Assembly: GCF_006345805.1 (NCBI RefSeq) | Contig: NC_043014.1 | Coordinates: forward strand, 33,232,001-33,296,000 | Direction: 5' to 3' | Length of the DNA stretch: 64,000 bases | DNA from: Octopus sinensis | Taxonomy: Eukaryota | Part shown: piece after piece, positions 38,201 through 52,065 of the stretch | Layout: every line of letters starts with the position of its first letter | How positions within the stretch are numbered: position 1 is the stretch's first letter | The notes under the pieces: model-generated | Databases searched by the model: none | What the model saw: only the letters and a program-made list of their open reading frames with translations | What the model was told of the DNA's origin: nothing | Position numbers and translations under genes: made by a program

Positions 38201-38297
38201 AATATGTTTAATTTTGGGGAAACTGTATTTCAATTGAAGTGTACTTTATTTTTTTGTGTGTGTGTATATGTATATATGTACACACACCCAGACATAC

Positions 38298-38339
<42 letters not shown>

Positions 38340-38776
38340 TAAAGGATTAAAAAAATAAAACAAAAATGATAGTGTTCAGTAGTTGGTTCAGTATGTTGGC
38401 CACAGGAATTTCTGTCCAGGGAAGTTGTACATCATCTTCCTCTTTCTCTCACATACCCACTTTCTTTCTCTTATTGTTACTCCCATTGCCACCATCAACA
38501 CTACTACTTTTAATAAAACATCATCAGCTCTCCCTAAATTTCTTTGCCTCTCTCTCTCTCTCTGTTTTCACCAATGCCCTCACTGTCTCTATGCCTACTA
38601 TTACTCTCACCCCAGCAGGAGGAATAGTAGAAGTGTCATTGAATAGTGAGAGTGCAAGGGGTGGGTCAAAGAGTGACACATTGACACAGAAGTTAGTTTT
38701 CGCATTCATTATATTAGATGTATATAAAGACGTACACACACACATATACATATGCACATGTACACACACACATACA

Positions 38777-38820
<44 letters not shown>

Positions 38821-41800
38821 AACTTACCTGAGTTGTCATTTGGGTGTCTTTTAATTCTGTGGTGTCATCTTGTGCTGCGTACAACCAAAATGTTATGGAA
38901 CCAGCCTCAAAGAAAGCTATATGTTCAGCCGTCAGTGGATCAAATGTAAATACTTTGGAATGGTTAAAGACTGGGTTTAGCATTCCTTTCACCATCTCTG
39001 TATCGGTAAATACAGATTTAGGATTCAGGCGATAGGATACTTTTAGGCCTTTCATGAACCGCTTTTTGTAAACACTAGCATCCTTAACGGTTACCTGCAA
39101 GGGAAGAATAGAGAAGATGAAATGGATGAAAGGATACTCTTTTACTCTTTTATTTGTTTCAGTCATTTGACTGCGGCCATGCTGGAGCACCGCCTTTAGT
39201 CGACCAACTCGACCCCAGGACTTATTCTTTGTAAGCCTAGTACTTATTCTATCGGTCTCTTTTGCTGAACCGCTAAGTTACGGGGACATAAACATACCAG
39301 CATTGGTTGTCAAGCGATGTTGGGGGTACAAACACAGACACACAAACACAGACACAGACACACACACACATACATACATACATACAATAAGCTTCTTTCA
39401 GTTTCCATCTACCAAATCCACTCACAAGGCTTTGGTTGGCCTGAGGTTATAATAGAAGACACTTGCCCATGGTGCCACGCAGTGGGACTGAACCCGGAAC
39501 CATGTGGTTGGTAAGCAAGCTACTTACCACACAACCACTCCTATGCCTAATGTTTTTGTTTTTTATTTTGGTTTTGTGTGGGTGAAGGGCTGAGCCCATG
39601 GCCCTTCACAGGCCTTCCAAAGTTGGTGAAATCAATGTGGTTAATGTTCTTCTTAATTGCCAGTATGATGAGTGCAAGAATATTGTGCGGTGCAGCAGTT
39701 GTTTGGGGGTTTTAGATGGTTGGAATATAAAGCAAAGGGTTCTTGTCTTTTTATTCTGTTGAAAGAAGCACAAAATATCACAAGAAGCTTGCTTCCCATT
39801 TGCCTGGTTTCAGGTTCATTCCCACTGTGTGGCACCTTGGCCAAGTATTTTCTACCATAGACTCGGGCTAAAACCTTGTGGGTGGACTTGGTTGATGGGA
39901 ACTGAAAGAAGTGTATGTCCTTGTGTTTGTCCTTCACTATTGCTTAACAACTAGTGTTGAATCATTTATACTCTCTTAACTTAGTAGTTTAGCAAAAGAG
40001 ATGAGAACCAAGCTTTATAAATAAGTACTGGGGTTAATTTGTTTCACAAAACCCTTAAAGGCAGTGCTTCAGTATGGTCAAAGTCCAACAACTGAAACAA
40101 GCAGAAGATAAAAGATCATAAAATAGTATTATCAACATTGAATGTCTGCCTTCCATGCTGGCATGGGTTGGATGGTTTTACCAGAGCTGGCAAGCCAGAA
40201 GACTGTGCCAAGCCAGACGACTGTCAAGCCAGAAGACTGTGCCAAAGCAGACAACCATGCCAAGCCAAAAGAATGTGTCAAGCCAGAAGAGGTCCTGGAA
40301 ATAGTTGTAAATGTAAAGCACTGATATAGATAGAGCATACAATGGAAAGATGTACATGTTTGAGCAGAACTCTGCACCATAACATGAAGCTCATGCAACC
40401 TTAAAATGGATGGCTAACAATTTTCATGATCACATAACCCCTAACATTTAACTCCCAAACTCTCCCAGATCTCAGTCCATTGAACTATAATGAGTGGAGT
40501 GTTGTTGAGAGAGAGAGAAGTCAATCAACATCCCCATAACACCAAAGGTTCTTTGAAAGCCGCCATAGTCAGAGGGAAGTCCAATGTGAACCAGGGGCAT
40601 TTAATTCAGGCATGTAGATGATTCAGATCTCACATAGAAGCACTTATTCATGCTAAAGGTTGCTACATTGAATAAGATTATAAAGAAGATGAGCTACTTT
40701 ATATACATTTTTTTTTACATTAACAAAATTGTTTTCTATTATTATATATATGTTTTCTAAAAACACAAATTTGTCCTCAAATCCCTCATGTAAAATGCTA
40801 ACAATTCTGTCAGCTCACCACCTCAATAATGATGATGATGATAATAATATAAACAATAATAATAATAATAATAATAATAACAACACTAATAATAATAATC
40901 CTTTCTACTAAAGGCACAAGGCCTGAAATTTGGGTGGTGGAGGGACAAGTTGATTACATTAGTTTCACTGGTACTTAATTTATCGACTCTGAAAGGATGA
41001 AGGGCAAAGTCAACCTTGGCAGAATTTGAACTCTGAACATAGCGATGGATGAAATACTGCTATGCATTTAATCCAGCATGCTAATGATTTTGCCAACTCA
41101 CTGCCTTAATAATAATAATGATGATGATAATACCTTATTACAAGTGATGTGATCTTATGAACTGTACTGAAGCATGAAGATTCCGAGCAAGCTTCAGTCA
41201 TGATGTTTATTCAGAAATTTTAAAGGTCTCTTGGCCTACAAGTTAACAATAAGAATGACCAAAGACACCCGAATAATGACAGACCTATCATTGCTTCTCC
41301 TGATTTGGAATTTAACAATCAGAAAGACCAATGAGATCCAAATAGTGACAAACCTATCAGTGATACAAAAAACATCAAACAAAAAGCAAAGAAGGCTTGC
41401 ATGAATAATACTGAAAAGAATTGGAAAGGCAAACTCCTGCACAGAAAATATCCTAACCACCTATCCAAGCCAGATATCAGCAAAATCTAAAACTAACACA
41501 CCAATTGCTACAAGGGACAGGTCTGAAAGAGGAAACAGGTTTTGTTATTGCAGTGCAAGATCAGAGCTTACCTACCAGAAATTAACATGCAAACATTCTT
41601 AAAGATGGATCTGACCCCTCATGCAGAATTTGTGGAAAATTCACAGAGACAATTGATCATGTTGTTTCTGGCTGTCCAGTCCTCACTGAAAAGGAGTACC
41701 CCATAAGACATGACAGACTAGGGCATTACATCCATGGTAATGCTTGTAAATACTACAAAATTAAATTCCATGGTAAGTGGTACAGGCACCATCCAGAGGA

Positions 41801-42331
41801 TGTAGTAAATAGCAAGGGCATCCTCATCTTTTGGAATTTCCCAATACAAACAGACATAAAAATTGACTCTAATCGACCAGACATTGCAATCAAGGACTAC
41901 AACTGGGGAACTTGTCTGTTAAGAGATATGTCTGTCCCACAAGATCAAAATGTCTCAAGAAAAGAATATGGAAAGCTTTCTCACTGTAAAGATCTGCAAA
42001 TTGAAATCATGAAAATGTGGAAGTTTAGTACTACAATAATACCAGTAGTAATTGATGCGTTGGGAATGATAAAGAAGGGAGCTGAGAAGTATATTAAGCA
42101 ACTCCTTGGTAACTCCAATCGCTATGAACTACAAAAGATGACCTTAATGGGTACAGCCCATATACTACGGAAAGCACTCTCTTTCTAAAATGGGATAAAT
42201 GTTGTGATAATTTTAGCCTGCATAGCAAAGCAAAAGTACCCTTGCTACTCTTGGCCTCCGGAGAATGCGCGGTACTAAGGCAGCTGAAATAAAGTTATAC
42301 TAAAAGGAAATCATAAATAATAATGATGATG

Positions 42332-42362
<31 letters not shown>

Positions 42363-43703
42363 CAACAGCAAAATTTACCTTGAAGTAAAATGGTTCACCT
42401 AGCAGGGCCCTTGGATCTTCAACAAAGGTTTCCTCTTTCAAAACGATTCCAGTGGAAGTACATGGAGCAACATTGACAGTAATTGAACCTTCTTCTTCTC
42501 CTTTGTAATCAGACACTAATATACAATCTTCAAACTCCAAGTTGTATGCTAAAGACTGGAGGAAAATATTAGCAGTTCCGACTAATTCCCCTTCTGGGGC
42601 CTCCCAAAATGGATCGTCTTTCTGTGGAATCTTTGACACATCTTCCCCGTCTTCATAATCCTGGTAGAGTTCCTGCAAGCATTAATGGATAATCAATATT
42701 GTGTAATAAATATGTGAACAATTTATGAAAAGAAAAAAATTAATTTCTAATTAAAACTATAATAATTGATAGATATATCATGGTAGAGTCATGATATGAT
42801 TAAATACACAAACATGGGCATATCATCATCATCATCATCATCATCGTTTAACGTCCGTTTTCCGCGCTAGCACAGGTTGGACGGTTCGAGCTTTTAACGT
42901 GCCACCGGCACGGAAGCCAGCCAAGGCAGCGCTGGCAACGGCCACGTTTGGATGGTGCTTTTTATGTGCCACCGGCACAGAAGCCAGTCGGGGCAGCGCT
43001 GGCATTGGCCACGTTCGGGTGGTGCTTTTTATGTGCCACCGGCACAGAAGCCAGTCGGGGCGGCGCTGGCATATGCTTATATATACACATATACATATAT
43101 CTACATATATACACGTATATATATACACATATATATATATGTATAAGCCCTGGTGCGAACCTGGCACAAATGCATCTAATCTAAGTTTGATCTCTTTCTA
43201 ATCTGTTACCTTTATGGTTCATCTGTTTGATATATTTTTGTAGTTACCATATTTTAAGGAACCCTTGTGTATAAGGAACTCCCTAATTTTTTGGACTTAA
43301 AAGTTGGAAAAAAAGTTTTGTGAGGAATTATAATACTGTCCATGTATAAGAAACTCACATATTTTTAAAACCGAACTTTTGATAAAAAAAAAGGTTCCTT
43401 ATACACATCAAAATACAGTACTTCTTTGTAGAGCATCCTATTAGCTTTTGAAGCAGTTTATTATGATACTGTTATGTACAATGTATTTCACTATGCAAAT
43501 GATTAGCATGAGCCCTACTTTGCCAGATATTTTCAACAGGCACAGGAGTGGCTGTGTGGTAAGTAGCTTGCTTACAAACTACAAGGTTCCGGATTCAGTC
43601 CCACTGCATGGCACCCTGAACAAGTGTCTTCTACTATAGCCTCGGGCTGACCAAAGCCTTGTGAGTGGATTTGGTAGACGGAAACTGAAAGAAGCCCGTC
43701 ACA

Positions 43704-43766
<63 letters not shown>

Positions 43767-45610
43767 ATATGTTTGTGTGTCTGTGTTTGTCCCCCAACAT
43801 CGCTTGACAACCGATGCTGGTGTGTTTACGTCCCCATAACTTAGCGGTTCGGCAAAGAGACCGATAGAATAAGTACTAGGCTTACAAAGAATAAGTCCTG
43901 GGGTTGATTTGCTCGACTAAAGGCGGTGCTCCAGCATGGCCACAGTCAAATGACTGAAACAAGTAAAAGAGTAAAGAAAGTAAAGGAGATCTCAATGACT
44001 ATCCATGATGACCTGGCTGATTTCTCTGCTTTCATATTGTTAGTCATGCTTTTGCTGTACAGTGATCAACCTCAGTAGCTGGTCTCACTCTGTTGTGTCT
44101 ATCTGGAGTAGACCATCTCACTCTGATGCATTCACTCATAGTGACATTTCTATGCCTTCATCTTTTGAGCATCACTGATTGCAAGTTTGCTGCTGTCGTT
44201 TTGAACATACTTTGTCTCAATTCGCACAGACACAATGATAATGTGATGAGCCTATTGCATGCAAACTCTTAGGACTAATTTTATGAATACATTCTATTAG
44301 ACTTACCTGCATTAAATACCTGCGATTCATGAAACGACCACGTTCCCAGAACCACACGTTCTCTGTCAACAAATCCGTCATTTTTACCATTACACTTAAT
44401 AAGAAGAAATATAAAAGATAAACTGATGTATTTATTCATGATCACCATCATCACTAACATCAATGTTTAATTTTTTAGCATTCAGATTATCAAATGTAAA
44501 GCTTGTTTATCCAACAGACAGACATACATTCTCAGTTTTATATATAGAGAGATTGCATATTTATTTATGTATGTTATTATACTTGGTTTGCTAAAAGAAA
44601 TTTAAGCCCTTTCATTTGTCAATACCTTCATATTTTAGCAGAATAAGTTTTACTCAACTCATTAATATCTTACTAGAGTTCCAAGAGGATGTGAAGCCAA
44701 ATTAAGACATTAATATCTTATAGGTTGCACAGTGAATCCATTGGACTTCTATGTGTGGAGTGTTGTTGACAGAGAGATCTCTGTCAATGTCCCCATAATA
44801 CCAAGGAATCTTTGAAAGCCGCCATAGTCAGAGTAATGTCCAATGTGAACCAGGACCATTTATTTCAGGCATGTAGACAATTTAAATCTCACATAGAAGC
44901 ATTTATTGATGCTGGAGATGGTTACATTGAATAAGATTATAAGGAAGATAAACTAGTTTGTATGTACACAATTTTTATATTAATAAAGTTATTTTCTAAT
45001 ATTATATGTATGATTTTTTAAAATAGCAGATTTGTCTTCAAATACCTTACTTCAAACACTCTGTATGTGTGAGACATTTTAGATGTGACAATGTAATAAG
45101 TGTAAATAAAATTTGAAAATCTGGTGAAGCAGACCTCTTTTTTCTGTTTTCTACCCTATAATTAAGACATTATTCTCAAGTAGGTTTTATAGTGGAACCA
45201 AAGACTCAGTATTCAGCAACACAACAACACTAATAAAATAACTATTCATGATTTAGTTGAGATAATTAACACACATTTGTTGACACCTTTATTACCCAAA
45301 TGCTTCAAGAGTTTCTGTTATGAGATAGTAATTCCCTTGAATATTCTTTGGTATTCTGAATAAATACATTCAACAAAAGAATTAAAATTTCAGCTCTGTA
45401 GTAGATAAAACAAAACTTACTCAATATTTTTTTCATTGTCTCCACGTCCCTGTTGGGCAGCAGATGACATTAGGATCACTTCAAATAATTTGTATTTGTT
45501 AAGTTCATCAGACATAGCATTCACTTCTGATACCATTGGCAGAATCTCCAAGACATGTTCCTGAGTGATTTGTTGGTCTTTAATGTAAAATAATAATAAT
45601 AATAATAATA

Positions 45611-45691
<81 letters not shown>

Positions 45692-45852
45692 GTGTGTGTG
45701 TGTATATATATATATATACAAAACCAAATATATGGCACCCTAAACATAACACCAACATGAACTTCTAACTTGTCTCTCAAGGTCTCTGGGTGAGACTTGG
45801 AGCCAACTTGTACAAATACAAAGCAAAAGTCAAGCATAAAGTAGTAGTAGTA

Positions 45853-45942
<90 letters not shown>

Positions 45943-48900
45943 CAACAACAACTGTAAGGTAACAGAAACAATTTCTCTTAGGAAGGTAAGAACCCGTTTT
46001 TGTCTATATACAAGAGTAAGAGAATAATTAAACAAACTACATTATATTGATTTCTCAAGTAAAAGATAAAAAATTTATAAGAGATGGGAATAAAATTGTA
46101 TAAAGATATTTAAGACTTTTTCAAGAAAGTTAGCTGACTCAACACAGTATTTTATAAATTCTGAAACTCTTTAATATTCATCATGATTGTTTACAGCCAA
46201 TGTACACCAGACTTTAAACAGCAGATTTCAAGGTGTATACACAAATTTAAAACACATATACACACACACATTGAAAAGCAAATCAAAGGTTTTGCATTTA
46301 AATAAGAATGAAATATCAGATAACCTTTTGTAAGTCCACTTAACATAGCATCTGCAAACCCTGAGGCCATGACTATTTCTTTCTGTGCATATTCCCATGA
46401 AATATCCTTTGGTAAATTAGGATCTTGGTCCACGACAAAAGGGTTCACAAAGAGATATAAGTGGTTTGAACCTAGAAAAAAAACGTGCATTTTTAGATTA
46501 TAATTTTGCTGCTGTAAAGTAAAATATAAATATTCAAACTCTTAATTATTTTATTTAAAAAGCAATCACAACATGCTGTAAAGGGGTTGGCATTAGGAAG
46601 GGCATCCAGCTGTAGAAACCATGTAAAAGCAGATGATGGAGCATAATGCAGTCCTTACAGTAGCAAATTACCATAAACCCATCAATAAAGTATGTTAATT
46701 TCCTCCAGGCCCCACCAACTACACTTAGGCTCTATTCATCATTCTTTTATTCCTTTCAACCACGTGGCTGCAGTCATGCTGGAGCACCACTATCATTTTG
46801 CACATTTACATATGATTCTTCTTTGGCTGATTTCTTCAGGGTGGTGGGATCTCATATCTCCACTTCTGTATGTGCTCTTTTTTGCCTTGGATGTTGGCCC
46901 ATTTGGTATATGATGGAGTTTGACACTACTGCCCTCATCAGTTTTACACTGTTGCCCTTATGCTTGGCCATATATATATATATATATATATATATCTATC
47001 TATCTATATATGTATGTATTAGGCAGGATAAGATAACAAGCCAAGTCCATTAGGAGTTTTCAGGATATTTATATGAAATAGTCTTGCAGTTGTTTCTGGG
47101 ATAATATGGATATCCCTTCATCAGAGACGGTGTGAGAAAATATTTTAGTTCGAATTATTGTGGAAAAGGGGGAGATAGGGAATGTAGAGGGAAATAAGAG
47201 AATGAAAGAAGAAATAAGATATATAAAGATATTGTAGTTGCAGTTCCATTATTCAAAGAAAATGGTGTATAGAAGTAGTAAAAAAGTTTCCTGTATGTGG
47301 TATATAAGTTCCAATAGTAGTTCATGTTTAGTTATTTCAAAGTATGGAGATGTGGAATCAGTGTTGCTTGTTCAAAACGTTTTTGTGGTGTGAATGAAAA
47401 TTTGAGAATGTAGTGGCAGTATTTGTGGATAGATGGGGGGGGGGGAGAGATGTGTATGATTAGAAAGAGGAAATAGGTCAAATTTAAAACAGGAAGAGAA
47501 AATGAGAGGAAGAAAGAGAGAAAAAACAAAAAGTGAAAAAGTGAAGAAAAGGTGAAAGTTGTGAGAAAAGAAGTGTTAGTTGGTGGTCAAGATAATGTGA
47601 TGGGAGGATGGGAGAGGTGTGGGGGAGGGATAGGAAGAGATGAGAAAGTAAGGAGTAAAAGAATGTGAGATATGTGAGTAGGGGTGATATGACAGAGCTG
47701 CATTAAGGGATGGGTAGAGAAAAGGTATGGGTGGGGTGATACCGAAGTGAGTAGTTGTTTTGGTAGTAAAATTTGAAGTGGAGGGAAGAATACAATGATG
47801 TCAAATTACTATAAATAGATGTATGTGATAGGTTAGTGATAGGTAGGAATCAGAGAGGAAGAAAGAAAGTATAATTACATAAATACACATGCCCTCACAT
47901 ACATATATATGTGTGAATATGTATACATACCCACACACACACACACATATATAGATATATACATATGCCTATGCATACACATGCATGCTCACATACATCC
48001 GTAGATGTATTCATACATGCATATGTGTGCACAAACATGTATATATATATGCACATGCACATATGTGCATGCAGGTGCACAAGCATTTACAGTCATACGC
48101 ATGCATGCTGGTACATACATACATACACATATACACATTCAGAAACAGCTGTAAGACAATTTCATTATAAATGTTCTGAAAACTTCTCACAACCTTGGCT
48201 TTGTTATGTCATTTTGTCTAATATATATGCATGCTAATACAAGACCCACATTAGACTCCTCACTCGTATTATTGTCAAACCAAGAGCTTAACTAAGGTCT
48301 GTCCATAGCACTTATTTAACATTACCTGACACTCTTTGGGTCTTCTAGATACCAACACCTCTCATATACATATATATATATATATATACATACATAAAAT
48401 GGGCTGCTTTCAGTTTCTGTCTACCAAATTCACTCACAAGGCTTTGTTGGCCTGAGTCTATAGTAAAAAACAGATGCCCTAGGTACCACACAGTGGGACT
48501 GAAACTGTAACCATGTGGTTGAGAAGCAAGTTTCTTACCACACAACCACACTATGGGGAAAAGTAATTAAAAGTAACGCAATAATTTTATTAATGCCAGA
48601 ATATAAAGAAAACATTGCATGTAATAGGTGTCAACCATCTCAGCTAACTACTGGTAAAATATGAGATACAGCATAGTACAGTAAAATATGATATGTATTA
48701 CAGAGATATGTGGAGGCTCATGGCTTAGTAGTTAGGGTGTCAGCATCATGATCGCCGGATTGTAGTTTCGATTCCTGGACCGGGCGACACGTTGTGTTCT
48801 TGAGCAAAATACTTCATTTCACATTGCTCCAGTCCACTAAGCTGGCAAAAATGAGTAACGCTGCGATGGACTGGCATCCCGTTCAGCTGGGGAACACATA

Positions 48901-49738
48901 TGCCATTGGAACCAGGAAACTGGGCCCATGAGTCTGACTAGGCTTTAAAAGGTCGCATTTATTTTTTACTATTACAGAGATATGCAGCGCTTGGCTGTTT
49001 GGTATCTGTGATATCTAGGGCTAACTCAGTAGCTTGGTGCACTAATTTTCTAATGTGGAGAAACATTTTCCACTGCAAAATTGGGTTAATGATGGTCTGT
49101 CTGAGAAAAGAGGCCTGCAAGATGGAGTGGCTGCTGCAATGGGTATCCCTGGCAGTTCTCCATGGCAATGCTGTCACGGTGATTTCCATGGGGTGCAGCT
49201 GAGCACATCGTTTGTTCTGGTTGTGTGGCCCATCACCCCTTTCTCTTCCATGTGCTGCTGCTTTACTGCCACCTTTTTCTTTCTTTTCCTTTTTTATATT
49301 TTTTATCTGTTTCTTTGTATTTAAATGTTTTAATTTAAAATGTTATCTGCCATATAACTGACTGTAGAAAAAAACATCTATTAAGACACTTGTAGTTTTT
49401 TTCTCTCTTCACCACCACCAGTTACAGAGATCTGACAAAGCCATGCATGCACACGCACACATAGTCATGCACACACACACACACACACAGTCATGCACAC
49501 ACACACACACACACACATACACACACATACAAACACACATACGGATACACACATACACACGGGCACACACACATGGACACACATACACACACACATGGAC
49601 ACACATATACACACACAAACATACACACGGATACACATATGCACACAGAAACACACATATATGGACACACATACATACACACATACACATACACACAAAC
49701 ATACACACAAACATACACATGGACACACAAACACTCAA

Positions 49739-49776
<38 letters not shown>

Positions 49777-52016
49777 AATACAAAATAACCAGATGTATTT
49801 AACGCACCAAAAAGTATCCTGTCCATGTGATTCAATGTTTGTTTTTTCATGAGAGGTAATCCATTAATTTTGGTCTTGGCATTATGAGAAGCTGGTTCTA
49901 TAGAAATTTTACGTTCCACATTCTCAATATATGCATGGTGTTTCTGAATACTAATGAAGGAACAAGAAGAGTACATAAATATATTTACATGCATACATGC
50001 ATGCAAACACACACAACACACACACATATATGTACACACACACACACATATGTGAGGTACGGAGATGTACTTGCATAGCAAGTGACTTGATCTGAGATCG
50101 TGTGCTGAAACAAAAATAATTGCAGTGTCGAAGGTGTTTATAAGCCATTTAAAAACACACAAAAACTGTTAGATTCACCTCAACATTTAAATTTAATTTG
50201 TCAAAATATTTTCGTTGCTTTGAAACTGTGACCTGTTCACTGACAACTTATGCAGCATGGAATTTTGTTAGTGAACAGGTCTTGATTTCAAAGCAACGAA
50301 AATCATCATCATCATCATCATCATCGTTTAGCGTCCACTTTCCATGCTGGCATGGGTTGGACGGTTTGACTGAGGGCTGGCAAGCCAGAAGGCTGTACCA
50401 GGCTCCAATCCGATCTGGCAAAGTTTCTACAGCCCTTCCTAATGCTGACCACTCCAAGAGTGTAGCAGGTGCTTTTTACATGCCACTAGAAAGGTACTGG
50501 CATTGACCACACTTGAATTGTGTTTTATATGTGCCACTGACATGGAAGCCAGTCAAGCGGCACTGGCAACAACCTGAAGTTCCATGGTGGCCACAGAAGG
50601 AGTGGTACCCTCCTCACTGGTTGGCTGATTATGAAACAAGTTAAGGTGTGTGGTCAGGGTTGAGGAGAAGGTGTGGTGTTATGAGCCAGGCTATGTTGGA
50701 GGGAAGGACCAGATGTGAGGTGTACACAGGTCCTGTTGGAAGTAAGGCCTATGGGTCCTACCAGAAGGGCCAAGGTGGGCATGCGGGGGTCAGCGAGGCA
50801 CAAGCAGGCAGTTGGCAGTGGACAGTGTACATGAGTAGACCTGTTAGACGGTATGGTGGCAGACAGAGCATGTGGATGTTGTGAGTGACCCCTTCCAGAT
50901 AGACAGGTAAGACCACCGTAATTCTCCCTCTTCTGACTTTTCCTCCTTCACATCACAGTGCCCTGTCACTGTGTCTCTGTCACTATCTCTCTTTTCTCTC
51001 ACACTTCACACTATCTCCCTATTTACTATCTACCTACAGTTTTATAATATGTTGCTCTCCACCTCCACCTTCTCTTATGCATTGCTACCTATCACCTCTT
51101 CTTCCTTCACTCACTCCTATTTTCCTTCACCTTCCCCCAGACTGAGCTTCACCATTGACCATACCTCCACTTGTATTCACTATTCACTACATTCATCTCT
51201 GTCCCCCTCTTTAACCATCTGTCACTCTCCTTTCCCATTTTCTTGAACCTGCCCATCCATCAATCCTCGATTCTCTGTCCCTATCTTCTCTTTGTCCTCC
51301 TTCTTGCAGCTTGAGAATATTTCTCGAGACTTCATTTCCACCATAATTTCTGTCATACTCACTGGGTTAGGGTTAGCCATGTATCTCCTCCACACATGAC
51401 ACTTGTTCACAGGAACAGGTGTCATGTAGATTATACTTCAGCCTCTCAATATCTGGTGCAAAGTCATATCCCTCAAAATTGCATCCAAGCACAATTGAGG
51501 GGTCTTGTCTTGGGAGTTACTTGATCTTACTAGTACCAGTGCTTCAGAAAAGCACCCCAGTATAATCAGAAAAGTGGATTCTGTTGAATCATCCAGCCTA
51601 TGTTCATATGGAGTAATAAAAATAAATGCACCCTTTTAAAGCCTAGTCAGGCTCATGGGCCCAGTTTCCAAGTTTCTATGGCATATGTGTTCCCCAGCTG
51701 GATGGGATGCTAGTGCATCGCAGCGTTACTCATTTTTGCCAGCTGAGTGGACTGGATCAACGTGAAATGAAGTGTTTTGCTCAAGAACACAACGCATCGC
51801 CCGGTCCAGGAATCGAAACCACAATCCTACGATCATGGTGCTGACAACCTAACCACTAAGCCACATGCCTCCATGTTCATATGGAATATAGACTTTAAAT
51901 GATGATGGCAATGATATGATGAGGATAATGTGTGTGCCCATGTATACATGTGTGTGTGTATGTGTGTGTGTGTGTCTATATATATATATTTATATATATG
52001 TATATTTATGTGTGTA

Positions 52017-52065
<49 letters not shown>

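Noticed and set aside
39129-39137. GTATCCTTT (U12 donor consensus) on the - strand in a kinesin intron
   Set aside because: Created by a SINE tail junction ~40 nt from the acceptor; no upstream exon and no U12 branch site
40190-40295. ~18-bp tandem repeat giving a KPEDCA-type peptide ORF
   Set aside because: Local expansion of the caagccagaagactg motif inside a family C repeat; no splice or coding context
45417-46035. Poly-His/Ser/Ile/Tyr ORFs
   Set aside because: (CAT)n/(TAT)n microsatellites; only 45421-45577 is a real exon
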